Below are positions 17,641-27,586 of a DNA stretch of 32,000 nt, in pieces. The number at the start of each line of letters is the position of its first letter. Positions within the stretch are counted from its first letter, which is position 1. This DNA comes from an archaeon. GTDB lineage: Archaea > Iainarchaeota > Iainarchaeia > Iainarchaeales > CSSED10-239. The position numbers were made by a program, and so were the translations under genes. The stretch covers positions 23,875 through 55,874 of the forward strand of contig DAOOUC010000005.1 in NCBI GenBank assembly GCA_035390665.1. The letters are read 5' to 3'. The notes beneath the pieces are model-generated. The model did not search any database. It had not been told where the DNA came from and worked only from the letters and a program-made list of their open reading frames with translations.

Positions 17641-18380
17641 ATATTTTGATCAACTGTTTTATTTAAATCAGATAAAACTGTTTCTCCTAATTTTTTCTTA
17701 ATCTCTTCTACCTTTGATAAGATCTTTTCCAAATCTGAATATTTAGATTTAAGAATTAAATATGTGGCAGTAATTAATTTTTCGCTATTTTTTGCTTTAA
17801 TTACGATTTTATGCTCTTTAGGATATACAAATACTGCTGATTCTTTTAAATTAGAATTAGGATATTCAATAAATATTTTAGTATTTTCTGATTTTTGATA
17901 ATTTAAACAATCTTCTTTAGATAATATCTCGTTAGTGTAGACATCTCCTTTGTTTGTTGAACAATTAATAAGATTGCCTCTATTGTCTAAATAATTTATT
18001 GTTGTAATAATGGGGATGTTTTTTGCAGGATAAACTGTATTTAATAAAACAATTGTATCTGTAATAACTTCAGTATTATTAGTGTCTTCTTGCTTAAGAT
18101 TTGCAAACACTAAAACATTAGAATCATTTAAGACTAAATTAAGAGAATTTCTAACCCCGAATTCTTTTGAATAAAAATTAATCCCAAGTTCTGATTCTTT
18201 GTATTCAAATCTACTTGTTACATAATAATTATAACTTAGATATGTCAAATATATAACAATTAAACTAATAAAGAAAGCAAGAACAAAAACAGTTAGTTTC
18301 TTATTTGTTTTCTTAATATCTGCTTTTTTAGTTATTTCTCTTACACTTTGCACTTGTGCTGTTGCTAATGCTCTAACCAT
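17637..18380 (-). CDS. Hypothetical single-pass membrane protein
   Basis: TM helix 'LTVFVLAFFISLIVIYLTYLSYNYYV' followed by an extracytoplasmic-type domain. Start overlaps the upstream kinase stop. Confidence 0.6.
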   Translation of the reverse strand: MVRALATAQVQSVREITKKADIKKTNKKLTVFVLAFFISLIVIYLTYLSYNYYVTSRFEYKESELGINFYSKEFGVRNSLNLVLNDSNVLVFANLKQEDTNNTEVITDTIVLLNTVYPAKNIPIITTINYLDNRGNLINCSTNKGDVYTNEILSKEDCLNYQKSENTKIFIEYPNSNLKESAVFVYPKEHKIVIKAKNSEKLITATYLILKSKYSDLEKILSKVEEIKKKLGETVLSDLNKTVDQNI

Positions 18381-18856
18381 TTTATCTTCACCATTATTTT
18401 TGATAAATTTTCTTTTAAATTATTATCAACCTTTATTATTTTAAATGAAGTGCTTTTTTCTTTTAAAAGCTCAGGAATATAATTAATATCTTGACAAAAA
18501 ATATTCTCTACAATCTTTATCTCTGGATACTTTCTTTTCTTTTGTCTTTCTAATAGTATTTTTTTAGAAGCCTTAAGAATAAAAATGTAATCAAAACTAT
18601 TTAGATTTTCTTTAGAAAGCTCGCTCCATAAGTGCCCTTCATAGATTGCATCTTCTTTTTTATTTTTAAAACAAGTATTAAGTTTTCTTAGATTAACAAC
18701 ATATTCTTTAGAAGAATCTATTTTCTTTTCTTTTCCAAGATTGTTTTTTTTAGCAAATTCCTTATCATTTATAACTTTTAGTTTTAATTTCTTTGCTAAT
18801 TCTTTTGAAATTTCTGACTTTCCTGTTCCTGGAACTCCTGTTATTAAAATATTCAT
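18365..18856 (-). CDS. AK6/Fap7-like adenylate kinase (P-loop NMP kinase)
   Basis: 'MNILITGVPGTGKSEISKELAKKL', 'YEGHLWSELS...YIFILKASKKILLERQKKR'. Confidence 0.78.
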   Translation of the reverse strand: MNILITGVPGTGKSEISKELAKKLKLKVINDKEFAKKNNLGKEKKIDSSKEYVVNLRKLNTCFKNKKEDAIYEGHLWSELSKENLNSFDYIFILKASKKILLERQKKRKYPEIKIVENIFCQDINYIPELLKEKSTSFKIIKVDNNLKENLSKIMVKIKWLEH

Positions 18857-18858
18857 AT

Positions 18859-20748
18859 TTATCTTAACCTTATACTTTCTAAGTCTTGAATAGACATTGT
18901 ATTTACATTATATTTTTTAGAAATATATTTTGAAAACTCTTGACAGGAATCTCCGTGATTAATCAATATTGTTTTTGGCATTGGTTTTAGATTATTTAAG
19001 AAATTCAATAATTCTGCTCTATAAGAATGACCACTAAAAGAATCAATAGTTTCTATTCTCATATTAATCTCTAATGTTTTGGTTTTTCCATCTTCCATAA
19101 TTGGCATAGACTTTAAACCTTTTTGTATCTTATATCCTAATGAATTTCTACCTTGATAACCAACAAACACTAAAGAATTATTAGGATCGCTTGCATATTT
19201 ATTAAAATACTTTAATGATGGCCCGCCTGTAAGCATTCCTGAAGAAGCTAAAATTACTGTTCCGGGAGTTATCAATTCTTCTCCATCTTTTGCATCATCG
19301 ACAGTTACAAAAATATCTGAAAGGAACGGAGAATTGTTCTGTAAAACTCTTGTCTTAATATTTTTCTTTAAAAATTCAGGATAAACTGTGTGAATTGCTG
19401 AAGCTTGTCTTGTCATACCATCTACTAAAATCTTTGATACTTTTAGTTTTCCAAGTCTATAATATTCTTCTAAGATAATCATTGCTTCTTGTGCTCTTCC
19501 TACAGAAAAGACCGGAATTAAAGTTATTCCTCCTTTCTCTGTTGTTTCATTAATAACATCAATAAGGTTTGTTTCAGAATGCATTCTTGAAGGAGTTATT
19601 TCTTTACCACCATATGTGCTTTCCATAATCATTGATTCTACTCTTGGATAGTTAATATCCATATTATTGAATAATCTTGTAAAACCAAACTTAAAATCTC
19701 CTGTATAAACAAGATTTTGCTTTCCTTCGCCTATATGTAAATGAACAGAAGCAGAACCTAATATGTGTGCTGCATCGTGAAATGTAAGTCTTATTCCTGG
19801 AGCAATGTCTGTTACTTCTCTGTAGTCTCTTGTAATTGTGTGCTTTAAACACTCTTTAACATGCTCTTCAAGATATAATGGTTCTTTTCCACTCTTTACT
19901 GCAACATCTATCAAATCAAATTGTAAAAGTGCCATTAAATCTCTTGTTGGTTCCGTACAATAAACTGGGCCGTTATATCCTGCCTTAAAAAGATATGGCA
20001 AAAATCCACAGTGATCTACGTGTGCATGACCAATAACAACGGCGTCAAGTTCATCTAATGGAAATCTTAAAACATCAAGATATGGTGCTTCCTCATTCTT
20101 ATCTGCAACATTTAATCCACAATCAAGAAGGATTTTGGTATCTGGTGTCTCTAAAAGAATACAACTTCTTCCAACTTCTCTAAAACCACCAAGAGCTGTT
20201 ACCCTTATCCAATCGTTTGTGCTTACTGGTGGACTATAAATTGTACTTGCAACACTTTTTAAAAAAGTTTTTCTTTCTGCGCTGTTTTTTAATAAAGTTA
20301 ATCTTATTCTTTTTAAGATTTCAGAAGGTTCTATTGGTGCTCTAATAATTTTTGGCACCCATCCTGTTTTTTTAATAATTTCTTTTGAAACCATTCCTTG
20401 TTTACCAATAACAACTCCTGGTTTTATTGCTTCAATTACTACTTCACTAAAAGAACTATCAAAGAAAATACTTTTGATATCTGCATCTTCTGGAATTATT
20501 TCTTTTATTTCTTTAAGTGCTTCAGCTGGATCCATTAAAATATTTTTTTCAGATCTTATATTGATTCTTTTCTTTAAAGTTTCAGCCATTTCTCCAATAA
20601 TTGATTTCTCATCAAAAAAAACTAGTGGTGTGTCTGTGTAAATTCCAATCTCTGGGCCTTCTGCTTCAATCTTAGATACATTTATTCTTTTCTTTGCTAA
20701 AAATTTTTCAATATAGTCTTTTATTTGTTTAAATTGTTCCTGTTCCAT
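18859..20748 (-). CDS. KH-domain beta-CASP ribonuclease (aCPSF1/FttA-type transcription termination factor)
   Basis: N-terminal KH-like region (IKPGVVIGKQG), MBL motif 'VVIGHAHVDHCGFLPYL', 'YTGDFKF', beta-CASP 'LVFVGYQGRNSLGYKI' and C-terminal 'INHGDS'. The 629-aa length matches the family. Confidence 0.94.
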   Translation of the reverse strand: MEQEQFKQIKDYIEKFLAKKRINVSKIEAEGPEIGIYTDTPLVFFDEKSIIGEMAETLKKRINIRSEKNILMDPAEALKEIKEIIPEDADIKSIFFDSSFSEVVIEAIKPGVVIGKQGMVSKEIIKKTGWVPKIIRAPIEPSEILKRIRLTLLKNSAERKTFLKSVASTIYSPPVSTNDWIRVTALGGFREVGRSCILLETPDTKILLDCGLNVADKNEEAPYLDVLRFPLDELDAVVIGHAHVDHCGFLPYLFKAGYNGPVYCTEPTRDLMALLQFDLIDVAVKSGKEPLYLEEHVKECLKHTITRDYREVTDIAPGIRLTFHDAAHILGSASVHLHIGEGKQNLVYTGDFKFGFTRLFNNMDINYPRVESMIMESTYGGKEITPSRMHSETNLIDVINETTEKGGITLIPVFSVGRAQEAMIILEEYYRLGKLKVSKILVDGMTRQASAIHTVYPEFLKKNIKTRVLQNNSPFLSDIFVTVDDAKDGEELITPGTVILASSGMLTGGPSLKYFNKYASDPNNSLVFVGYQGRNSLGYKIQKGLKSMPIMEDGKTKTLEINMRIETIDSFSGHSYRAELLNFLNNLKPMPKTILINHGDSCQEFSKYISKKYNVNTMSIQDLESIRLR

Positions 20749-20822
20749 AATTTTTCCTTATTTTTCTATTTTAAAAAAAGATAAAAATACACAAAATGTT
20801 TTTGTGTAAATATACAATTAGT

Positions 20823-21455
20823 TTAATACTTTGCTATTGGAAGTTCTTCTATTTTGTCTTTCTTAATAACAACAATCTTCATTCCTTGTCCGCCTGTGTA
20901 GATGTCTCTTTTCTTTGCAGCAGTTATTGCTTCTTTTGCTAGTTTTATGGCATCATCTGTTGATAATCCTTTCTTGTATTGACTATCAAGAACACTTAAA
21001 GCAAGTTCTGAACCAGAACCAGAGTATGAAAATTCTTTTTCTTCAACAATTCCTCCGGCAATATCAAGATTATACAAAGATAATCCGCCTACTGAACCAG
21101 CTAAAATAAATTGAGTAAAAAATGGAACCATCTTATTAGAGTTTAAGATATTAGACAATAATGTTGCACAAGCTTTTGTATTCATTGGAGTTTTATGCTC
21201 TAATTCAAATAAACTTGCTTGAACTTTTAAAAATCTAACTAAAACTAAGGCATCACCAACTGAACCAGCAATTGTTACTGCTAAATGATCATTTATTTGA
21301 TAGATTTTAGTCATATCATTATTTGATTGCAAATTACCCATAGTTGCTTGCATATCTGCAGCTAATACAATGGAATCCTTTGCAACTATTGCTACAGTTG
21401 TTGTTCCTGTTTTATATGTTTCCAATTTTTCACCTGTTTTATTGTTTTTTCTCAT
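20823..21455 (-). CDS. psmB: Proteasome beta subunit
   Basis: Propeptide then 'TGTTTVAIVAKDSIVLAADMQATMGNL', 'IAGSVGDALVLVRFLK' and 'YSGSGSELALSVLD'. Confidence 0.95.
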   Translation of the reverse strand: MRKNNKTGEKLETYKTGTTTVAIVAKDSIVLAADMQATMGNLQSNNDMTKIYQINDHLAVTIAGSVGDALVLVRFLKVQASLFELEHKTPMNTKACATLLSNILNSNKMVPFFTQFILAGSVGGLSLYNLDIAGGIVEEKEFSYSGSGSELALSVLDSQYKKGLSTDDAIKLAKEAITAAKKRDIYTGGQGMKIVVIKKDKIEELPIAKY

Positions 21456-22125
21456 AATTTTCTGAAAACTTTACATTTGAAAAATTACAAGTTTCAAATA
21501 CTGATTGTATAAAAGTATATTTAATATACTCAATTTCTTTTGGTAATGTCCCTGGAATTACTAACTCTAATTCCTTATCTGAAACATTTAATTTCGTTTT
21601 GCCTTCTGGCATGAAAAAGAAATATTTTGTATAAAGTGCTTGTGCTTTATCCTTATCGTTTGCACAAACTTTCTTTAAAGTTATCTTGTAATCTAAATCT
21701 TTTCCTGAAAATTCATGATTTAAATCCATCTGTACTCTTCCACCAGAGACATTTAGAACTTTAGCTTGTCTGTTTCCAAGATTAATATACATTCCTGGTT
21801 TAGGATCTATGTTTTCTTTTTTAAAATCAGATAATGGTACTAATTGTATTAACTTAGAGTCTCTTTCTCCAAATGCTTTATCTTTTGTTAAAGAAAACTC
21901 TTTTGTTTTTCCTGAATCTAAATCCTTAATATTTTCTTCAACACCTTTTAGTAATTCTCCTTTACCAAAGATAACAACTAATGGTTGATATTTTGTTTTA
22001 GAATTATAGATATTACTTTCCTTTGCAACACTTTCGATTGTTGTGTCAAGTACATCTTTTGTGTTTTTGTCCCTGATTACTAGGTCAATTTCTATTATGT
22101 CGTTATTATTTATCATATATTTCAC
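21439..22125 (-). CDS. FKBP-type peptidyl-prolyl isomerase (SlyD-like)
   Basis: 'VDLVIRDKNTKDVLDTTIE...PLVVIFGKGELLKGVEENIKDLDSGKTKEFSLTKDKAFGERD' and 'MDLNHEFSGKDLDYKITL' (IF-domain layout). Confidence 0.88.
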   Translation of the reverse strand: MKYMINNNDIIEIDLVIRDKNTKDVLDTTIESVAKESNIYNSKTKYQPLVVIFGKGELLKGVEENIKDLDSGKTKEFSLTKDKAFGERDSKLIQLVPLSDFKKENIDPKPGMYINLGNRQAKVLNVSGGRVQMDLNHEFSGKDLDYKITLKKVCANDKDKAQALYTKYFFFMPEGKTKLNVSDKELELVIPGTLPKEIEYIKYTFIQSVFETCNFSNVKFSENYEKKQ

Positions 22126-22317
22126 TCCTTTTATAAATAAGAATTAATTTCTAATACTTTTAGATTTCTTAAACCTTTATACATTAAAAAAACCAATTAT
22201 TTTCTTTTAAAAAAACGAATATCAAAATAGTATATATATTTAGTACCAATCCTATTATAAAGCTTATTCTTTGAAGAAAAAAACCAAAATAAAAATGCTT
22301 TGTTTCTATTTTTATTT

Positions 22318-24474
22318 ATGACTACTAAGATTATTGATGTTGTGATTAAGGCAAATAGTTATAATAATCTTAACCCTGTTCAAGAGAAGGCAAGTAAGCA
22401 CTTGGGGGAAAACCTTTTAGTTTGTGCGCCTACTGCTTCTGGAAAAACTACAATATTTGAGATGTTTCTTGTTTATTTTGCCACAAAAAAGAAAAAAATA
22501 ATCTATATCTCTCCACTTAAAGCTTTGACTTTTGAACACTATAATGATATTAAGAAAAAATACAAAGAACTTAATCTTAAAATTGGAATATCAACAGGAG
22601 ATCTTGATAATAGTTCTAAGAATCTTTCAAATTATGATGTTTTGTTTTTAACATTTGAAAAATTCGACTCCGTTATTAGACATGAACCCGAATGGTTAAA
22701 AGAAATTGGAATGGTTTGTGTTGATGAGATACATGAACTTGGAAGCGATAGAGGAACAACACTTGAAGTTTTAATTACTCAACTTAAAGTCAATTATCCT
22801 TCTATTGTTTTTCTAGGACTTTCTGCGACTATTGGAAATGCTGATAGTCTTTCTAGTTGGCTAGGTGCTAAACTTGTAAAAAGCAATTATAGACCAATAC
22901 CACTTGATATCGGTATATCTTATCAAAACACAATTTATTTTGATAGTGGAAAAAAAGAAATTGAAGATATTGGTAAAGAAGAATATCTTGCTTCCTTAAT
23001 TAATGATACTTTAAAAATAAACAAACAAGTAATTGTTTTTTGTAACTCTAGAAATAACACAATGAATTTTTCTTCTAAGTTTAAAGGAATTGTTAAGAAA
23101 TACCTATCCAGTAAAGAACAAGAAGAATTAAGAAATAAAGCAAAAGAAATTGGTTCTGCTCTTGAAACCCCAACAAAACAATGTTTGTCTCTTTATTCTT
23201 CTGTTATTGAAGGCTGTGCTTTCCATCATGCCGGGCTAGTCTATAAACAAAGAGAAATTATTGAAGAAGAGTTTAAGAAAGGAAACTTAAAAGTTATTTT
23301 TGCAACACCGACACTTGCGGCAGGAATTAATCTTCCTGCTTATAGAGTAATTATAACTACAGTTTATAGGTTTTCAAACGGGTCTATGGTATTAATCCCT
23401 GTTAATGAATTCCATCAAATGAGTGGAAGAGCAGGAAGACCAAAATACGATAGTAAAGGCGAAGCAGTAGTTATGGTAAACAAAGAAGGAGACATACAAA
23501 GAGTGTATAACTCTTTTGTTAATGCCCAGGCTACAGACATTGAATCACAACTATCTAAGATTAATAATCTTAGAACGCAATTATTGTCAATAATTTTAAT
23601 TAATAATATCAAAACAATAAAAGAACTACAAAAATATATGTCTAAAACCTTTTACTTTTTTGTGTTTGGAAACGATGAGGCCATTAGAGAAAATATTACT
23701 GAAATTGTAAACGAGTTTAAAGATTTTGGGTTTATTAAAAAAGAAAAAGACAATATAGAATTAACAACACTTGGAAAGAAGGTGTGTCTCTTGTATATTG
23801 ATCCTTTATCTGCAAATAATATTATTAATGATATAAACATTAAAGACAATAAACAAATAACAATGCTTGAAAAACTATTTACTTTGTGTAATACAAGCGA
23901 ATGCCATCCATATCTTACAATAAAAAAAGACAAAGAAGAAAAATTATTTGAAACTTTTGAAAAAATAAAAGAAAATGTGTTCTTTGATTATGAAGACTTA
24001 AACTTAATTGAAAAAGTTGGTCTATCTGAACTTTTCTGTGACTGGCTAGATGAAATGCCTGAAGACAAAATTGTGGAAAAACACAATACCACTCCCGGGC
24101 AACTTCAAGATTTTGTTAATAAGGCAATATGGATTAATCATTGTGTTCTTGAGTTAATAAAAGTTAATAAGAATAATTTTAAACTATATAAAGAATATCT
24201 TGATTTAGAAACACAATTAAAGTATGGGGTTAGAAAAGAATTATTGCCTCTTGTTGAACTAAAAAATATTGGAAGGGTAAGAGCCAGAAAATTATTTGAT
24301 AATGGAATAACTGGAGTTTCTGATATCAAGAAAGAACCAGATAAGTTTATCTCTATTGTTGGGCGTATTGGACTTGAGACTCTTAAAGAACTTAAGATTG
24401 AATATTCTGAAAATCATAAAATTGCTGAACAAAAGAAAAATATAAAAACACAAACTAACATTTTTGATTATTGA
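22318..24474 (+). CDS. Superfamily 2 helicase, Hel308/Ski2-like
   Basis: Motif I 'CAPTASGKT', motif II 'DEIHELGSDRGTTLE', 'LSATIGN', 'CAFHHAGL', 'MSGRAGRPKYD' and C-terminal HhH 'ARKLFDNGITGV'. Track start 22300; the ATG at 22318 (MTTKIIDV) is more family-like. Confidence 0.88.
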   Translation: MTTKIIDVVIKANSYNNLNPVQEKASKHLGENLLVCAPTASGKTTIFEMFLVYFATKKKKIIYISPLKALTFEHYNDIKKKYKELNLKIGISTGDLDNSSKNLSNYDVLFLTFEKFDSVIRHEPEWLKEIGMVCVDEIHELGSDRGTTLEVLITQLKVNYPSIVFLGLSATIGNADSLSSWLGAKLVKSNYRPIPLDIGISYQNTIYFDSGKKEIEDIGKEEYLASLINDTLKINKQVIVFCNSRNNTMNFSSKFKGIVKKYLSSKEQEELRNKAKEIGSALETPTKQCLSLYSSVIEGCAFHHAGLVYKQREIIEEEFKKGNLKVIFATPTLAAGINLPAYRVIITTVYRFSNGSMVLIPVNEFHQMSGRAGRPKYDSKGEAVVMVNKEGDIQRVYNSFVNAQATDIESQLSKINNLRTQLLSIILINNIKTIKELQKYMSKTFYFFVFGNDEAIRENITEIVNEFKDFGFIKKEKDNIELTTLGKKVCLLYIDPLSANNIINDINIKDNKQITMLEKLFTLCNTSECHPYLTIKKDKEEKLFETFEKIKENVFFDYEDLNLIEKVGLSELFCDWLDEMPEDKIVEKHNTTPGQLQDFVNKAIWINHCVLELIKVNKNNFKLYKEYLDLETQLKYGVRKELLPLVELKNIGRVRARKLFDNGITGVSDIKKEPDKFISIVGRIGLETLKELKIEYSENHKIAEQKKNIKTQTNIFDY

Positions 24475-25025
24475 TGAAACCTAAATTAAAAATTCCAGAA
24501 AGAATTTCAAAAATTAAAGAGCAATTAACAGGGATACCACTAACTGCAAATAAACACAACACAGTATATGAAGGGAACTATAATATCATTAAATTAAAAA
24601 TCTACGACAGATTAGGTAGAAACGCTGTAGAACATTCAGCATTAAGAATTAATTACTTAAGAAATTTGGGCTTCTCTTCTAAAGGAATAACTAGACAAAA
24701 CCTAAAAGAAATGGACACTTTGATAAAAGAGACATTAAAGATTGCTAAAGAAAAAAACATTAAAATAATTACATTTAGTACGTGGATTTTTTTTGAGCAC
24801 CCGGAAATTGAAACTTATTTTAAAAAAAGATATAATCTAGAATTATTTGCTGATCACACCTTAGACAAATCGAGCCTTTTTGAAAAAAAATTTGAAAACA
24901 AAAGAATAAAAGGTATAGATTTTAAAAAAAGAACAATAATTTATACTGATTCTAAAGGTAGATTACATGAAAATTATTTTGCATTTATTGATATGCCAGA
25001 ATATGCATTTAAAATAAAAGACTAA
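24474..25025 (+). CDS. Hypothetical protein translationally coupled to the helicase gene
   Basis: TGATG overlap with the helicase stop (the track uses TTG at 24471). About 183 aa; no family recognised, although some GNAT-like texture is possible. Confidence 0.6.
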   Translation: MKPKLKIPERISKIKEQLTGIPLTANKHNTVYEGNYNIIKLKIYDRLGRNAVEHSALRINYLRNLGFSSKGITRQNLKEMDTLIKETLKIAKEKNIKIITFSTWIFFEHPEIETYFKKRYNLELFADHTLDKSSLFEKKFENKRIKGIDFKKRTIIYTDSKGRLHENYFAFIDMPEYAFKIKD

Positions 25026-26296
25026 CACCATTTAGGGTCTGTTGGTTTTATTAATTCTCTTGCAAGATTTGTTGCATAATTTCCTTTATCAAGAGTAAAT
25101 GACATTGTTAATCTCAAAGACTCTGGAAACTCTTCTTGATTCTTATCGTCTGTTTCTATTTCTATAAGTTTTAAATCATAAACAGGTATTCTTATTGGCC
25201 TGTATTCTCCTTTACTTGAAAAAACAGAATGGTCTTTGTTATAAAAGTCTTGAAGGGTTATGCCTTCTTTGTCCAAGATTTCGTGCTCTATTTTTCCTGC
25301 AATACCTTCACTAAATTGTGATGCAAAGCCAAACAACGGAATTGCTATTTCTCCATTTAAGATCGTGTCTCCTTCTATTTTTGAAATTCCAAAACCTTGT
25401 TTTATTCTTTCAGTAATTATTTCATTAAAAAGAAATGATTGATATGCATGAATAAAAAGATACTGGATTGCTTTTGGTAAAACTTGAAATGCACCTAAAT
25501 AATCATCAGGGTGATTAGACAGATAATTTAAAATCGGACTTTCATAACCAGATCTTGCAGGAAATGCTCTTGCATGTTTTCCAAAGTCTAAATCTTCTTT
25601 TAACTCTTGGCGAGCTTTTGTAATTTCTTCGCTTTCGAATTCTTGTGTCTCTGTCAAATATAAAAGAATTGCATCTTTATAATTTCTCTGAAGAATTAGT
25701 TTTCCTACTCTGTGAGTTATATCTCTTAATCCACCAAATCTTTGTTCTCCAAAATAATTAATTAAACCTGTATTGTTTATTTGATTTGAGAAATTCCCAT
25801 AAAGTTCTTCTAGCTCTTCTTTTGAAAAACCTTGTATTTTCCTTACAGTAATTGTAAACCTATTTTGTTTTAAGTCTCCAATGTCTATTCTTTCTTTTGC
25901 CCACACCGGATTATATATTTTTATATTTTTAAAATAAAGCTTAGATATTCTTTCTTTAGTTGGTTCAAAGATTGAAATTCTTTGAACAGTTAATGCTCGT
26001 TTGTCTTTTAATCCAGCATAACCAATTCTTCTTTTGCTTGTTCTAAGAAATCTTGAAATTTCATTAATTGCAGAAGTTGTAGAATAATTAAATTTTTCTA
26101 AATCAACAAGCAATTGATCATTATCTTCTTTTTTTTCAAAAATAGAATCCCAATCAATTTCTGGAACTTTCTTATCAGGAAGATATGTTAACTTAGTTTC
26201 ATAAGCTCTTCCTATCTCTTCAACAATAAAGTCTTCACAGAATTGTTTAATTCTTCCGCCTGTGCCTTTTGTTGTGGTTATGTAATCAAAGTTCAT
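25022..26296 (-). CDS. truD: tRNA pseudouridine(13) synthase TruD
   Basis: 'GYAGLKDKRALTVQRISI', 'NYFGEQRFGGLRDITHRVGKLIL' and 'RPIRIPVYDL'. Confidence 0.95.
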   Translation of the reverse strand: MNFDYITTTKGTGGRIKQFCEDFIVEEIGRAYETKLTYLPDKKVPEIDWDSIFEKKEDNDQLLVDLEKFNYSTTSAINEISRFLRTSKRRIGYAGLKDKRALTVQRISIFEPTKERISKLYFKNIKIYNPVWAKERIDIGDLKQNRFTITVRKIQGFSKEELEELYGNFSNQINNTGLINYFGEQRFGGLRDITHRVGKLILQRNYKDAILLYLTETQEFESEEITKARQELKEDLDFGKHARAFPARSGYESPILNYLSNHPDDYLGAFQVLPKAIQYLFIHAYQSFLFNEIITERIKQGFGISKIEGDTILNGEIAIPLFGFASQFSEGIAGKIEHEILDKEGITLQDFYNKDHSVFSSKGEYRPIRIPVYDLKLIEIETDDKNQEEFPESLRLTMSFTLDKGNYATNLARELIKPTDPKWC

Positions 26297-26302
26297 TATT
26301 AA

Positions 26303-27538
26303 TCATTTGTATCGTAGTGTTGCACCAAGTCCACCAAAGGTTGTATAGAATTGATTTCCTTCTGGCGTATCTATTGAAATAAGGATAACTCTTGTTCCAT
26401 AATTTAAAGAAAGATCAACTAAGTAATCATAAATATCTGCAACTTCTACTTCTTCATCATCTGTTTTTCCATCACAATATTGGCAAAGTGTTGGCGTATT
26501 GTCTGCTTTTAATTTGTCTCTTATTATTTTATAAGTAAATTGACCACAAGAAACACATTTGTATTTGTGTATGATCCATTCTAGTTTTTCAGAAACTAAA
26601 ACGGTTTCAGCTTTTCCTTGCTTTATTGCCTCTATTACTTCTTGATAACCATATGTTGCAAGTCCGTTTGTTGCTATTTTTTCAATAAATTTATTTACTG
26701 TTTGTCTTTCTTTAACAATGCTTGCATCCTTTAAAATGTCTGTTGCTTTGTCAAGCATTTCTTTTATTCCTGATTCATCTGTGTAACTTGTATCAACTGT
26801 TCCCATTATAATATTTTTTAATCTATAATCTAATTCACTTTCTTCCAAGAACTCATTTTTAGTCATTCCTGGGCCACCCACAATTATTCCTTTAAGTTTT
26901 GGGATTTCAACCATACTAATATTCATTTTCTCTCCTACTCTTTTGTAGAAATCTTCAGCAGCCTTTTCTCTAAGCCTTTCAAATCTTGCAGAACTTTGTC
27001 CACCTGCTCTAGTTTTTCCTGGAACTCCACTAGTTTCGTGAAGTATTATTTGATATGATTTTCCTGTTAAAACAGCAACTGTTGCCTCTCTTTTATCAAT
27101 AGTAACAAGACCATAAACCTCGTCTGTTTGTGCCATATCTTCTAAGGGTGCTGTGTGAAATTCAGAATCACACCAATAAAGTTTTGTTGTTAATGGCTTT
27201 GGTGGAGTTACAACTAAAAGAACAACATCGTTTTTTGCAGGATTTTCAGAAACATTTCCTGAAAATAAAACTACTCCATTTTGAGGCAATTTAAAATCAA
27301 TCTGTCTTAAGTAATTAGTAAGTCGCCTTAATGCTGCCTGTACATTTTTTCTTGTCTGTTGTGATTTAATGTTCGAACTTTGTGAAATTTCATCAGTTAG
27401 TTGCTTAGTTACTGATGACCTATCCGCATTTGGAGGCACATATAGACTAATAAGTTGTGTTCCATCTCCTTTGTAGGTCTTTATTTCTTTAAGTTTCTTT
27501 TTTAGTAATAATAATTCTGATTCATCCATATTTTTCAC
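26303..27538 (-). CDS. prf1: Peptide chain release factor aRF1
   Basis: 'GGQSSARFERLREKAAEDFYKRVG' (GGQ motif), 'GIIVGGPGMTKNEFLEE' and a Cys-rich Zn site 'CVSCGQFTYK...LCQYCG'. Confidence 0.96.
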   Translation of the reverse strand: MKNMDESELLLLKKKLKEIKTYKGDGTQLISLYVPPNADRSSVTKQLTDEISQSSNIKSQQTRKNVQAALRRLTNYLRQIDFKLPQNGVVLFSGNVSENPAKNDVVLLVVTPPKPLTTKLYWCDSEFHTAPLEDMAQTDEVYGLVTIDKREATVAVLTGKSYQIILHETSGVPGKTRAGGQSSARFERLREKAAEDFYKRVGEKMNISMVEIPKLKGIIVGGPGMTKNEFLEESELDYRLKNIIMGTVDTSYTDESGIKEMLDKATDILKDASIVKERQTVNKFIEKIATNGLATYGYQEVIEAIKQGKAETVLVSEKLEWIIHKYKCVSCGQFTYKIIRDKLKADNTPTLCQYCDGKTDDEEVEVADIYDYLVDLSLNYGTRVILISIDTPEGNQFYTTFGGLGATLRYK

Positions 27539-27586
27539 AAATTAAAAAAAGTACTTATATAATATAAGCTTAGTAATAAATATAAA

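Noticed and set aside
18859-22125. Nuclease, proteasome beta and FKBP cluster considered as a novel RNA/protein quality-control system
   Set aside because: Each gene is a common archaeal housekeeping gene. Adjacency alone in a compact genome does not support a dedicated system without comparative evidence.
23415-25442. ORFs at 23415-23612, 23652-23933, 24138-24329 (minus) and 25260-25442 (plus)
   Set aside because: They are shadow ORFs opposite the Hel308-like helicase and TruD.
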